The translations under genes and the position numbers were made by a program. A stretch of DNA of 58,530 nucleotides, taken from the IMG/VR virus record IMGVR_UViG_3300015050_000977, positions 1 to 58,530 of that record; one strand, 5' to 3'. Shown one piece after another: positions 47,263-56,612 of this stretch (its first letter is position 1; every line of letters begins with the position of its first letter). The notes below the pieces were generated by a model. The model was not told the DNA's origin. It saw nothing but the letters and a program-made list of their open reading frames with translations, and ran no database searches. The DNA comes from a virus. Taxonomy: Duplodnaviria; Caudoviricetes.

Positions 47263-47447
47263 CCCCGCACCAACTCCATGACAGAGCCCGCGCCCTGGCC
47301 CTGCGCCAAGGCATCACGCACGGCGCTGCCTGCTCTATTCTAGCCAAGCGGCGCCGCAAGGCGCGCAAACCCTCCACGGCACAGAAACAACCCGCCGCCT
47401 ATTGGTGGCAAAACGATAACTAACCGGCCGCATTGGCCACAAAATAT

Positions 47448-47798
47448 ATGAACACATCACACGCGAGCGCGCCCGCTTTGGCCGCACAGCACACGCCCGG
47501 ACCTTGGCTGTTCATTGAAACAGGAACTGAAGACGCGTCAGTCGAAATCTCGTGCGACTGCATGGTTTCCGGTTCGTATCGAGGTTGCGATTCAGACCGG
47601 CTATCGCACGTAGACGCACGCTTAATTGCGTCGGCACCCGATCTGCTCGCCGCCCTAGAGGCCGCGCACCGCTCCCTAGTAACGTGCAACAGTTGCCACG
47701 GCATCGGCACAATTCCAACCGCATCAGAGCGCGCAGAAATCGAGTCGGCAACCCTGCTTGCCCGCGCCGCCATCGTCAAAGCTACCGCCTCCACATGA
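47448..47798 (+). CDS. Phage hypothetical protein (HTPGPW...ARLIASAPDLLAAL family)
   Basis: Common phage motif. Confidence 0.7.
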   Translation: MNTSHASAPALAAQHTPGPWLFIETGTEDASVEISCDCMVSGSYRGCDSDRLSHVDARLIASAPDLLAALEAAHRSLVTCNSCHGIGTIPTASERAEIESATLLARAAIVKATAST

Positions 47799-48067
47799 AA
47801 ACCGCCCACCCATGCCCCACGCTCTGCCGCTCTCTCGGCCTAGCCCTGAAGGCCACACGTAAAGCGCATCCCATCTCAATCGACCGCCTCTCCGCCTCCA
47901 GTGGCGTTGCCATGAGCTGCATAAGCCTAATCGAGCGCGGCGACAGCAACCCCACAATCGACACCATTAACCGGCTCGCCGTCGCACTCAACACGACGCC
48001 GGCCAACGTGCTCCGTTATGCGGAGCATTTGCAGACACCGGCAGCAGTAAAAACAGCCACCACATGA
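47795..48067 (+). CDS. XRE-family HTH protein
   Basis: SIDRLSASSGVAMSCISLIERGDSNPTIDTINRLAVAL. Confidence 0.85.
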   Translation: MKTAHPCPTLCRSLGLALKATRKAHPISIDRLSASSGVAMSCISLIERGDSNPTIDTINRLAVALNTTPANVLRYAEHLQTPAAVKTATT

Positions 48068-48333
48068 GCACACCCACCATCACCCTGTCACAGCTCCATT
48101 CCGACCTCCTGCGCATCTACGCGCACCCGCTGTCGTCCACCAACATTACCAACATCCAGCACACCGCGGGCGGTGCCGTCTTTTTTGAGACAGACACGAG
48201 CGAACTGGAGGCCAACTTGGCGCAGGCTGAAGCCAAGCGGGCCGCGGCAGAACGCGCACTGGCCACAGCCAAAGCCCGCATTGAAACGCTGGAGGAATAT
48301 ATTCACGACCTGGAACAAAAGCCCACCAAATGA
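48064..48333 (+). CDS. Hypothetical coiled-coil protein
   Basis: Coupled ORF. Confidence 0.6.
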   Translation: MSTPTITLSQLHSDLLRIYAHPLSSTNITNIQHTAGGAVFFETDTSELEANLAQAEAKRAAAERALATAKARIETLEEYIHDLEQKPTK

Positions 48334-48515
48334 AAACTGAAAACATCACCAAGGCGGCGCGCAGCATCGGCTTAGCCGTCAGCGAACTGCGGGCCGCGCT
48401 TAACGACGCCAACCGCGCCAATAACCAATTTGCTTGGCTCGTGCTGGAGCAGGCGCTTGGCGAGGCTGTGGTATTGCAGACAAAGATTATGCGCATCGAG
48501 GAGGCGGCAACATGA
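48330..48515 (+). CDS. Hypothetical protein
   Basis: Coupled ORF. Confidence 0.55.
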   Translation: MKTENITKAARSIGLAVSELRAALNDANRANNQFAWLVLEQALGEAVVLQTKIMRIEEAAT

Positions 48516-48947
48516 ATGTCCATTTTTCATCCGCCTCCGACGAGTGGGCCACGCCGCCCGACTTCTTCGCCAAGTGCGCCGAGGAGTTCGGTTCGTTTGA
48601 CTTGGACGTATGCGCATCTGCCGAAAACCACAAGGCGCCGCGCTTTTTCACCAAAGAGCACGACGGCCTTACGCAAGACTGGCGAGGGCGCGTCTGGATG
48701 AATCCGCCCTATGGTCGCACGATTGCGACATGGATGCGCAAAGCCTACGAGTCGGCACAGGCGGGTGCGCTCGTGGTCTGCCTCGTGCCGTCTCGCACAG
48801 ACACATCATGGTGGCACGACTACGCAGCCAAGGGCGAAGTGCGCTTCATTCGCGGGCGCCTTAAATTCGGGGGGGCATCACAACTCGGCACCGTTCCCGA
48901 GCGCACTCGTCATCTTTCACCCGCAAATCATGGAGGTTGAATCATGA
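48512..48947 (+). CDS. Phage N6-adenine DNA methyltransferase (Dam-like), frameshifted at a G7 run
   Basis: WATP, DLDVCAS, NPPY and PSRTDT motifs; the conserved NSAPFPS tail lies in another frame after 48869-48875. Confidence 0.85.
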
Positions 48948-49342
48948 TCACCACCCTAATCGCCGCCGCCCACGCTCCGCTGGACGCCTTCGACAACGAC
49001 CGCTTTTTACAAGCCATCATCCAAGTCGAGGGCCACAAGTGGAGCGATCCAGGTGGCGCCTACGCCATCCAACCCGGCACATGGCGCGACCACAGCAAGC
49101 GCACCTACGCCCTTGCCAGTATCCCGATCTACGCCCGCGACGTGGCCGACAGGCACATCGCTTGGCTAAGCCGCACCATGCGCGCCCACGGCTACCCGGT
49201 CAACGCCTACACGCTGGCCGTCTGCTGGCGCTTTGGCTTCGTCGGGTTCACGCAACGCGCCCGAAGCGGTGGCGGGGCCATTGAGTATGGGGAGCGGGTT
49301 TGGAATTTGTATCACGATAACAACAACGCGAAAACACCATGA
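48944..49342 (+). CDS. Lysozyme/lytic-transglycosylase-like protein
   Basis: FLQAIIQVE (candidate catalytic Glu), GAYAIQPGTW and Y..RVWNLY. Confidence 0.55.
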   Translation: MITTLIAAAHAPLDAFDNDRFLQAIIQVEGHKWSDPGGAYAIQPGTWRDHSKRTYALASIPIYARDVADRHIAWLSRTMRAHGYPVNAYTLAVCWRFGFVGFTQRARSGGGAIEYGERVWNLYHDNNNAKTP

Positions 49343-49605
49343 AAACACTTCACAAAATAGTTCTTAAAATCGCCTACGCTTGGCACACCAAGCGCGCATT
49401 GAAACTGGCGCGCAAGTTGGAGGTTAAGACCGCTGAATGCTCCATGCTTAGGGTGTCTGAACGCGATTACAGGGACAGTTATTACGGCGACCTTCATCGC
49501 TGGGCTGTCTGCGAGCGCATCGAAATCGAATCAAAGAAGAAATATCACGAAGACCGAGCGGCCCTGCTGCAACCAATCGCAACAACCAACCATCACCCGC
49601 TATGA
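49339..49605 (+). CDS. Hypothetical protein
   Basis: Coupled ORF. Confidence 0.55.
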   Translation: MKTLHKIVLKIAYAWHTKRALKLARKLEVKTAECSMLRVSERDYRDSYYGDLHRWAVCERIEIESKKKYHEDRAALLQPIATTNHHPL

Positions 49606-49723
49606 TCCTCCTCCTCTCCATCACCATCGCCATCCTCTACCTCTGCCTCAGTGCCGCCTGCTCGCGGTGCGGACCGAAATAAGCCAACCGTTTAAGCCAA
49701 CTATTTTAAGATTATTGCAAATC

Positions 49724-49736
49724 CTCGCTTGACGAG
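49724..49736 (+). promoter_or_regulatory. 13-bp motif CTCGCTTGACGAG, copy 4
   Basis: Exact copy; TTGACG lies 36 nt before ATG 49765, heading the operon that leads to the cassette array. Confidence 0.7.
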
Positions 49737-49764
49737 AACAAGGCAACCGCTCAACTATTGCAAC

Positions 49765-49953
49765 ATGCCAGCCAAACCAAAGCCCTCTGCGGCTAAAAAG
49801 CACACCAATCCCAAAGGCCGTGTGGCCTTTTTCTGCTACGTCGGAACCAAAACGCTCAAGCTCATTAAATCCGCCGTCAAGTCCGGCGCCCAATCGCAAG
49901 GTCACGTCGTAGATGCTGCGGTGCATGGCGCTTACAAGCGGCCAATCGCATGA
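49765..49953 (+). CDS. Small basic RHH-like protein
   Basis: 62 aa; basic N-terminus, a beta strand and two helices. Confidence 0.55.
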   Translation: MPAKPKPSAAKKHTNPKGRVAFFCYVGTKTLKLIKSAVKSGAQSQGHVVDAAVHGAYKRPIA

Positions 49954-50606
49954 TCATGGCCCCATCATCTGCCCACGCCGGCCCATGGCTGTTCGTGGAC
50001 ACCGGGACCACGGGCAAGGCGCTGCACAAGTGCCCGCCCGACCATCCCGACCAGCCGCGCATCGTGCAACTGGCCGCGATCCTTTACGACATGCAGCGCA
50101 AAGTGGTCGCCGAGTTCAACTGCCTCATCAAGCCGGAAGGCTGGACGATTCCAGCCGATGCCACCGCAGTCCACGGCATCAGCACAGAGCAGGCCGACAC
50201 CTACGGTCTCAAGATCGGCACGGCGCTGGGCGTGCTATGCCAGCTCGTAAAACGCGCCAAGTTGCTCGTGGCCCACAATGCCGCGTTTGACTGCCTCGTG
50301 ATCCACAGCGAACTGTGCCGACTCAAAAACGCTGACTTCCTGTTCCTGTTTATGAACTGCGAGCGCCACTGCACGATGGAGGCCAGCACCAACGTGCTGC
50401 GCATTCCCAGTCCCTATCGCGCGGGCGAGTTTAAGTGGCTGAAGCTGTCTGAAGCGTATGCCCATTTTACAGGCCGTGAGCTGGAAAATGCCCACGACGC
50501 CAGCGCCGACACCAAGGGGTGTGCGGCTGTTTACTTTGCCATGAACCCGCTGCCAACTTCCAGCCCTGATGCAGCGCAGGGCACAATGTTAGACGTAGAA
50601 GAATAA
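49950..50606 (+). CDS. DEDDh 3'-5' exonuclease (DnaQ-like)
   Basis: VDTGTTG, VHGI, AHNAAFD and AHDASAD motifs. Confidence 0.85.
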   Translation: MIMAPSSAHAGPWLFVDTGTTGKALHKCPPDHPDQPRIVQLAAILYDMQRKVVAEFNCLIKPEGWTIPADATAVHGISTEQADTYGLKIGTALGVLCQLVKRAKLLVAHNAAFDCLVIHSELCRLKNADFLFLFMNCERHCTMEASTNVLRIPSPYRAGEFKWLKLSEAYAHFTGRELENAHDASADTKGCAAVYFAMNPLPTSSPDAAQGTMLDVEE

Positions 50607-50628
50607 CTGCCATCCAACTAATATCACC

Positions 50629-51804
50629 ATGTCCGAAAATAACCAAATCGCCATCCGTCAGGAACCCTCCCTGTTCAACATCGCCACGCTCATCGAAGCG
50701 AACGATTTCAGTCTCCAAATGTCCAAGGCCAAGCTGATCCCGGCCCACCTCCAAGGCTCGCCGTCCGACTGCCTGCGCGTCGTGATGCAGGCCGCAAAGT
50801 GGGGCATGGACCCTTTCGCCGTTGCCGACAAAACCAGCGTAATCAGCGGCAAGCTGATGTATGAGGGCCAACTGGTCGCCGCCGTAATCAATACCCGCGC
50901 CAACCTGAGCAAGCGCCTGAGCTACACGTTCAGCGGAACCGGCGCCCAGCGCTCCCTCGTGGTCTCCGGCACGCTGCGCGGCGAGACGGAGCCGCTGACC
51001 ATTGACCTCAGCTATTCACAAGCCTGCGCCATTAACAAAAACGGCCAGATGCAGAAAAATCCCGATCAGCAAATGTGCTACATCGGCGCCCGCATCTGGG
51101 CTCGCCGGCACATGCCTGAACTAATGCTGGGCGTCACGAGCGCGGATGAAATTCCCGAGGACTTGCCCATGGAAAACGTGACCGGCACTGGTGACGCTCC
51201 CGCCACTGCGCCCGTCGCCGATCCGGTGCCCCAACGCCAGGCTCCGCCGCCGCGCGCCAAGAAGGGCGCCGCTGCCGTGGTTGAAAACAAAGCACCCGCA
51301 ATCGAGGTGCCGGCGACCGTGGTGCCGGAGCCTGCGCCTGATCCTGTGAAGCAAGCGGCGCCTGCGCCCGAGCCGGTAAAGGCTGCGCCCGTGGTTGCGC
51401 CAGAGCCCGCTGCTGCTGCGCCTGCCGCTGCTGCTGCCACGCCCCGCGTCTTCCTCAAGGCCGATGAAGAACTTACGGCCAACTGCACCATCGTAAAGTT
51501 TGAACCCTGCCGGATGTTGCGCGGTGGCGTGCAAAAGGCCAGTGTTGCTGCGACCGTCAAAGGTGACTTCAACGGCCAAATCTGGCACTTCGGTGGCGCC
51601 GACTCGCCGGACATCACGGCGGCACAGCCCACGATCACCATTCCCGAGGTGTGGAAGGTCGGTGCCAACGTGGTCATCAAACTGCGCGGCCGGCTGGTTA
51701 TCCCGAAGGGCGCGGACGGTAAGCCTGACCCGACGAAGCAGAGCATTAAGTCGGACGTGATCAGCATTGAGGCCGCGGCGGCTGACTTGGAGGTTGTGGA
51801 CTAA
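50629..51804 (+). CDS. recT: RecT-family ssDNA-annealing recombinase
   Basis: IPAHLQGSPSDC...WGMDPFAVA...YEGQLVAAVI...PDQQMCY...WARR...LLGV-like pattern. Confidence 0.85.
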   Translation: MSENNQIAIRQEPSLFNIATLIEANDFSLQMSKAKLIPAHLQGSPSDCLRVVMQAAKWGMDPFAVADKTSVISGKLMYEGQLVAAVINTRANLSKRLSYTFSGTGAQRSLVVSGTLRGETEPLTIDLSYSQACAINKNGQMQKNPDQQMCYIGARIWARRHMPELMLGVTSADEIPEDLPMENVTGTGDAPATAPVADPVPQRQAPPPRAKKGAAAVVENKAPAIEVPATVVPEPAPDPVKQAAPAPEPVKAAPVVAPEPAAAAPAAAAATPRVFLKADEELTANCTIVKFEPCRMLRGGVQKASVAATVKGDFNGQIWHFGGADSPDITAAQPTITIPEVWKVGANVVIKLRGRLVIPKGADGKPDPTKQSIKSDVISIEAAAADLEVVD

Positions 51805-51805
51805 C

Positions 51806-52072
51806 ATGGGCGCGCCAATTAACGATGGGGGACCGGCGTTTCCTTTCCAGAGCCCTACGAATTATTGCGCCAATGAAGGAATCACGGCGCGCGACTACTT
51901 CGCGGCGCTGGCCAACGAAAATGACATCGAATCAAGTCGTCCCGTTACCTACGGAGAGGCCACTGACTTTAGAAAAGAAAAGGGCTTCTCGTGGAGCCGC
52001 CAATGGGCGCGCTACCAGCACGCCGACGCCATGCTAACCGCCCGCAAAAACGAAGGAGGAACCATCCGATGA
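51806..52072 (+). CDS. Phage hypothetical protein (DGGPAFP...RDYFAA family)
   Basis: Common phage motif. Confidence 0.75.
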   Translation: MGAPINDGGPAFPFQSPTNYCANEGITARDYFAALANENDIESSRPVTYGEATDFRKEKGFSWSRQWARYQHADAMLTARKNEGGTIR

Positions 52073-52290
52073 TCCGCCTCATCCAAGACCGTCGCCCGCA
52101 TCACGGCCACACGGACGTTTACGTGAACCCGAATGATGTCATGTCTATCAACGACATTATTGGCGAGCGTAGCACTGAAAACCGTTCCCGCATCACGCTT
52201 CGTAACGGCGACACCTACGATGTCACTGAATACGCGAGCGTGGTGGCGGAGAAGATTAACTCGGCGATTAAGCCACTAACATCCAACTAA
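52069..52290 (+). CDS. Small FlbD-like protein
   Basis: YVNP..V.SI...ITLRNG..Y.V.E....V..KI pattern. Confidence 0.5.
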   Translation: MIRLIQDRRPHHGHTDVYVNPNDVMSINDIIGERSTENRSRITLRNGDTYDVTEYASVVAEKINSAIKPLTSN

Positions 52291-52291
52291 C

Positions 52292-52930
52292 ATGGGCTGT
52301 GACATTCATCTTTACCAAGAGCAAAAGATCGACGGTCAGTGGAAGTCCACCGATGTCTGGTCTGACAAATACAAGGAAGGTCGTCTGTCGGTCGCTTATG
52401 ATGACATGGCCTATCACGACCGCAACTACAACCTATTCGCGATTCTTGCGGACGTGCGCAATGGGCGCGGCTTTGCTGGCGTAAATACCGGCACGGGATT
52501 CAACCCCATCGCGCAACCAAAGGGATTGCCCGATGACATTTCCGAGCAGGTCCACGCTGAGGCTGTCTATTGGCATGGCGACGGCCACTCGCATTCGTGG
52601 CTTACGATGCGCGAGATTCTGGACTACGACTGGAATCAGAAAACGATGCTGAGCGGTTTGGTAGATGCGGAGAACTACGAGACATGGAAGCGTCGCGGTT
52701 ATCCCGAATCGTGGTGCAGGGCAGTCTTTGGCGCCAAAACTCGCCACGTCACTCACGCCGAAATGCAGGCCGCGATTGACTCAAAAGCCGACACGTCGGA
52801 TATGCACTGTGAGGTTGAGTGGGCGCGCTATTATCACCAACAGGCAGGCTCGTTCTGGAAGGCTGTTTGCATGGCGCTCCACAAGGCATCTCCCGATGAT
52901 GTTCGTTTTGTGTTCTGGTTTGATAACTAA
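52292..52930 (+). CDS. Conserved phage protein (MGCDIH...RNYNLFAILADVRN...VFWFDN)
   Basis: Recognisable phage family motifs; function unknown. Confidence 0.8.
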   Translation: MGCDIHLYQEQKIDGQWKSTDVWSDKYKEGRLSVAYDDMAYHDRNYNLFAILADVRNGRGFAGVNTGTGFNPIAQPKGLPDDISEQVHAEAVYWHGDGHSHSWLTMREILDYDWNQKTMLSGLVDAENYETWKRRGYPESWCRAVFGAKTRHVTHAEMQAAIDSKADTSDMHCEVEWARYYHQQAGSFWKAVCMALHKASPDDVRFVFWFDN

Positions 52931-52934
52931 TTCT

Positions 52935-53780
52935 ATGACCACCGACCTAGAACTAATCCTGCCGGCCATCACGCCCGCGTTGCCCCTTGTCCTAGCCGAC
53001 CGCAAATTCCTCTCCACGCTCGCCACAGTCGAAACCCAAGTAGCCGCGCTGCGCGTCATCGACGCCGCCACCCAGCAGCTTGCCGCCGATCTACAAATCC
53101 GGCTGACCACTGCGGGCGGTGCGCTGGAAAAGGAGCGCAAGGCCATTAAGCAGCCGTTCCTCGACAAATGCACCGAAATCGACACCGCGGCCCGGCCCGT
53201 GATGCTGCGCATCGACACCGCCAAGGCTGTGCTCAAAAAGGCACTGACTGACTTTGCGCTGGAACAGGCACGCATCGCGGCCAAGGCGGAAGCTGACCGC
53301 CAAGCCGAATTGCGGCGACTTGAGGCGCTCCGGGTAGCAGAGGAGCGGGCGCGTCAAGAAAAGGCCGCAGCGTTGGCTAAACAGGCGGCGTTGGCACAGG
53401 CGGAACGTGAGCGTGTGGCGGAAGCTGCGCGCATTGCAGGGATGCCGGCGCCGGTCGCGCTGATGGATGTGGAGGACGATTGCCCTGATGACGCGCAGGC
53501 CGCTAAGACGGAGACGGAGCGCCAGATTGAGGCGGTCAAGTATGCGGCGCCTGTGGTCGTGGCTAAACCCGTTGGCGTTGCAATGAGAACAACTCTTATT
53601 ATGCGCGTCACTGACGCGGCAAAGGTGCCTGACGTTTTTGTAAAACGAATCGTCAACGAGGCTGCAATCCGAGCCACGTATTGCTCAGGGTGGCGAGTTG
53701 GGATGCCCGTGCCGGAAGTTCCGGGCGTGCATTTCGATGTTGAGACCACAGCCGTGAGCACGGGACGCGGGGGATTTTAA
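52935..53780 (+). CDS. Coiled-coil recombination-associated protein (Gp157/Gam-like C-terminus)
   Basis: Start MTTDLEL; C-terminal VTDAAKVP...PGV. Confidence 0.6.
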   Translation: MTTDLELILPAITPALPLVLADRKFLSTLATVETQVAALRVIDAATQQLAADLQIRLTTAGGALEKERKAIKQPFLDKCTEIDTAARPVMLRIDTAKAVLKKALTDFALEQARIAAKAEADRQAELRRLEALRVAEERARQEKAAALAKQAALAQAERERVAEAARIAGMPAPVALMDVEDDCPDDAQAAKTETERQIEAVKYAAPVVVAKPVGVAMRTTLIMRVTDAAKVPDVFVKRIVNEAAIRATYCSGWRVGMPVPEVPGVHFDVETTAVSTGRGGF

Positions 53781-53781
53781 C

Positions 53782-55005
53782 ATGATCCCCACGATCCGCG
53801 CATCATCGCTCGATAGGGTGCTCTCCTGCCCCGGCTCACTCACCGTCAATGCCATCGTCGCACCCCGCGACGGTGACGACGGCGAAGAAGGCACGGCGCT
53901 ACACCACCTGTCAGCCGCCCGCATCAAAGCCGAGATGGGCGCCATTGGCGAAATCGGTCCGCAGCCTCCGGGCCAATATCCTCACTCAACCTGGATTAGT
54001 GACTACTACGTGCGCCACGTCATGGAGTCTACCCCAGCCAGTTACAGCCTAGAGTGTGAGGCGGCGCTGGCCTACTTCTTTGAACCCGAAGAACCGCGCG
54101 TTATCACGCAGGTCATGTGGGAGGACGGTCGCCCCGTGCTGCGCCAGGTGCCTTACAACGGCTTCATCCTCTCCGGCCACATTGACTGCCTCGCCCTGTC
54201 ACCGGACGCCACACACGCCATCGGCTGGGACTTGAAGACCGGCTACGACCCCGTGGACTGCGCCGATAGCAACTGGCAAATCCTCGGTTACTGCGTGCTG
54301 CTGAAGCGGGCCTACCCCACGTTGCAGTCGGTCACGTTCTACATCGTGCAGCCGCGTAACGATGAGGACGGCGACGCCGTAAACGAAGGCCATCCGCGCG
54401 TATCCTGCGTCACGATCACCGACCTTGACGCCGCGGTTGCCACGCTAGCAGTCCGCATTGCCGACGCCATTTCAAGGCCCCTCGAACTCAACACCACCAT
54501 CAAAGGCTGCAAATTCTGCGTGGGCTGCTCGTGCCCCGCGATTCGCGCCAAACAAAAACTTATGAGACTAACCATGACAGAGGAATCGCTGGCCTCGCTT
54601 AAGGCCCAGCCGGACGACGCCACGCTGGCGGAGTTCATTATCGGTGCCAAGGAACTGGCCAAGCCAACCGAGGACGCCAAGGCTATGCTGAACGACCGGC
54701 TGGATCGTAACCCGCAACTGGTGGCCGCAGACGGCACCGTGATCACGCGGGTGACTCAACGAGGCGCATGGAGCGTAAACGACCCGCAGGCGTTCTTCCG
54801 CGCCATGCGCGAACTGCTTCCGGCCGACGAACAGATTGCCCGCGTCACGAAGCCGAGCATGACGGCACTCAAGGATGAGATTGCCACGAGCATGAAGGTG
54901 CCGAAGACGAGCAAGGCAGGTGTCAGCGCCGCCAGCATTTTCGACAGCACGTTTGCGCCGCTGGCCACGCAAGGGGAACGGAAAATGATTCAATTTTCGC
55001 AATGA
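53782..55005 (+). CDS. PD-(D/E)XK exonuclease (Cas4/DUF2800-like)
   Basis: CPGS, EGTALH, GHID, DLKTG, QILGY and CKFC motifs. Confidence 0.85.
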   Translation: MIPTIRASSLDRVLSCPGSLTVNAIVAPRDGDDGEEGTALHHLSAARIKAEMGAIGEIGPQPPGQYPHSTWISDYYVRHVMESTPASYSLECEAALAYFFEPEEPRVITQVMWEDGRPVLRQVPYNGFILSGHIDCLALSPDATHAIGWDLKTGYDPVDCADSNWQILGYCVLLKRAYPTLQSVTFYIVQPRNDEDGDAVNEGHPRVSCVTITDLDAAVATLAVRIADAISRPLELNTTIKGCKFCVGCSCPAIRAKQKLMRLTMTEESLASLKAQPDDATLAEFIIGAKELAKPTEDAKAMLNDRLDRNPQLVAADGTVITRVTQRGAWSVNDPQAFFRAMRELLPADEQIARVTKPSMTALKDEIATSMKVPKTSKAGVSAASIFDSTFAPLATQGERKMIQFSQ

Positions 55006-55164
55006 CCAACCACCAACTCCTCACCATCGTTATCGTCGCAATTTGGCTGTGCTCAACGATTGGCGCGTGCGTCACAAAGCGCGCTGAAATATACCAAGCT
55101 CCGGCCATCCTCACTGTGCTCATATGCATCGGCTACTTTTTAATCAAAACAAGAGGCTAATCCC

Positions 55165-55635
55165 ATGCCCCGCTACACCACCGAGAGAGAATTGGCCATC
55201 GCACGCCGTAGCATGGGCGAGCCCAACGTCGTGATCCCGCCCGCGCCAAAGAAGCGCAAGAACGAGGAAAGCGCCGCCCAGTGCGAAGTCATCAAGTGGT
55301 GGGCGACTGCGTGCAAGGCTTATGACATTCCTGAAATTCTGCTGTTCAGCATCCCGAACGGAGGCCGGCGCGATCCACTGGCCATGATTTTTCTCAAACG
55401 AGAGGGGCTGCGCAATGGCGTTCCCGATTTGTTTCTGAGCGTCCCGCGCGGACACTGGCATGGTCTTTACGTCGAAATGAAGACAGCGACGGGACGCGTC
55501 AGGGATGAGCAGCATGAATTTATTGAGTCTGCGCGCGTGAATAACTACGTCGCATTTGTGTGCCGCAGCGCAGAGGACGCGAAGGCCATTATTGAACGGT
55601 ATCTAACTAATCCAAGCCAACTGCATTCGGCCTAA
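55165..55635 (+). CDS. VRR-NUC domain nuclease
   Basis: IPNGG, GVPDL and YVEMK motifs. Confidence 0.9.
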   Translation: MPRYTTERELAIARRSMGEPNVVIPPAPKKRKNEESAAQCEVIKWWATACKAYDIPEILLFSIPNGGRRDPLAMIFLKREGLRNGVPDLFLSVPRGHWHGLYVEMKTATGRVRDEQHEFIESARVNNYVAFVCRSAEDAKAIIERYLTNPSQLHSA

Positions 55636-55729
55636 CATCAAGACCCGACAACCCAGCCCCGAATACTACGGCGGTCACTTCAAGCCCTGCCAAATCTGCG
55701 GGGATAGCGGCTGGATAGAGGCTCAACCT

Positions 55730-56089
55730 ATGAACCCGAAAAAGACCGAAACGCTCACCCTCGCCGACGCAATGGATGCGCTCGCACGCGACATCCAATC
55801 TGGCGACGGGATCGCCAACGCAGCTATCGCGGAAGCGGCCGACCGCCTGCGCGAAACGCTAAAGGAAAACAATCGCCTCGACGGACTAATGGCGCAGCGT
55901 GACGAGCGAATCGTTGCGCTCCTACAAGAAGTGGACGAGCGCCGCCGCGACGCACAGAAAGACGCGGCGCTCGTGGGGCGGCTTCGCCGGGCGCTGGCAG
56001 ATGCGATAACCACCTACGACCCGACGCGGAAAGAGACTCTCGTGACTGCCGAGCGGCAAGAAGCGTGGGCCGCGGCATTGGCGTCATGA
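55730..56089 (+). CDS. Hypothetical coiled-coil protein
   Basis: Last fixed gene before the array. Confidence 0.7.
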   Translation: MNPKKTETLTLADAMDALARDIQSGDGIANAAIAEAADRLRETLKENNRLDGLMAQRDERIVALLQEVDERRRDAQKDAALVGRLRRALADAITTYDPTRKETLVTAERQEAWAAALAS

Positions 56090-56133
56090 CTTCGCCCAAC
56101 ATACCGGTGAGCAACACCGACACGAACACCTAA
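56086..56133 (+). CDS. Leader mini-ORF MTSPNIPVSNTDTNT crossing the first crossover
   Basis: ATG overlaps the upstream TGA; reads the core AAC as Asn, like every cassette gene. Confidence 0.5.
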   Translation: MTSPNIPVSNTDTNT

Positions 56134-56223
56134 AAACTTTACGACCATGACAAAACATAATCCTACTCAAAACATCCGCCGAAGCCTGAAGCTGTCGGTG
56201 TTGGCTCTAGTGGCTGGTTCGGC
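56094..56223 (-). repeat. attC-like site (GCCCAAC...GTTCGGC)
   Basis: Stem CAACACCGACA/TGTCGGTGTTG. Confidence 0.85.
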
Positions 56224-56431
56224 TCCGTTCTTGCTGTGCTCAAGCTACCGCACGAAGGCCGGCCAGTGGGTCCGCATCGTCGATGAATCCACGCTCAAAG
56301 GCTACGAATGCGTGAAGGGCGACGACGGAATCTGGCGCTACAACCGCGAGAGCGACCGAGGACGAGTGACCGGCTCAGCCTTCGACATGAGCGACCCCAG
56401 AAATCTTCTGCCGAACGCCCGAGGTGACTGA
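56147..56431 (+). CDS. Cassette hypothetical protein (94 aa)
   Basis: Starts in the attC loop; contains YRTKAG..VRIV...GRVTG. Confidence 0.7.
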   Translation: MTKHNPTQNIRRSLKLSVLALVAGSAPFLLCSSYRTKAGQWVRIVDESTLKGYECVKGDDGIWRYNRESDRGRVTGSAFDMSDPRNLLPNARGD

Positions 56432-56604
56432 CCAACGCCCCGCGAGCGCAGATCAACCCAACCAACTCTAGCCATGCTCTCCGATACTCTCGCAAAAGGA
56501 ATCGCTCAACCGCCGGACGTGCGGACCAAAGACGGTGCGCGCGTAGATGGCACTCACGAACAACAGCCCCGTGCAGGGGCGTTGGGTCTAGCGACTGGTT
56601 CTCC
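56410..56604 (-). repeat. attC-like site (GCCGAAC...GTTCTCC)
   Basis: Stem ACCAACGCCCC/GGGGCGTTGGGT; TGAC duplication in the left arm. Confidence 0.8.
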
Positions 56605-56612
56605 CTCTTTTT

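Noticed and set aside
53782-55005. Cas4-like nuclease as part of a CRISPR system
   Set aside because: There is no array and no other cas gene; the context (RecT, exonuclease) fits phage recombination.
55630-55720. GCCTAAC at 55630 as a twelfth attC
   Set aside because: There is no complementary arm ending in GTT, and here TAA is simply the VRR-NUC stop codon.
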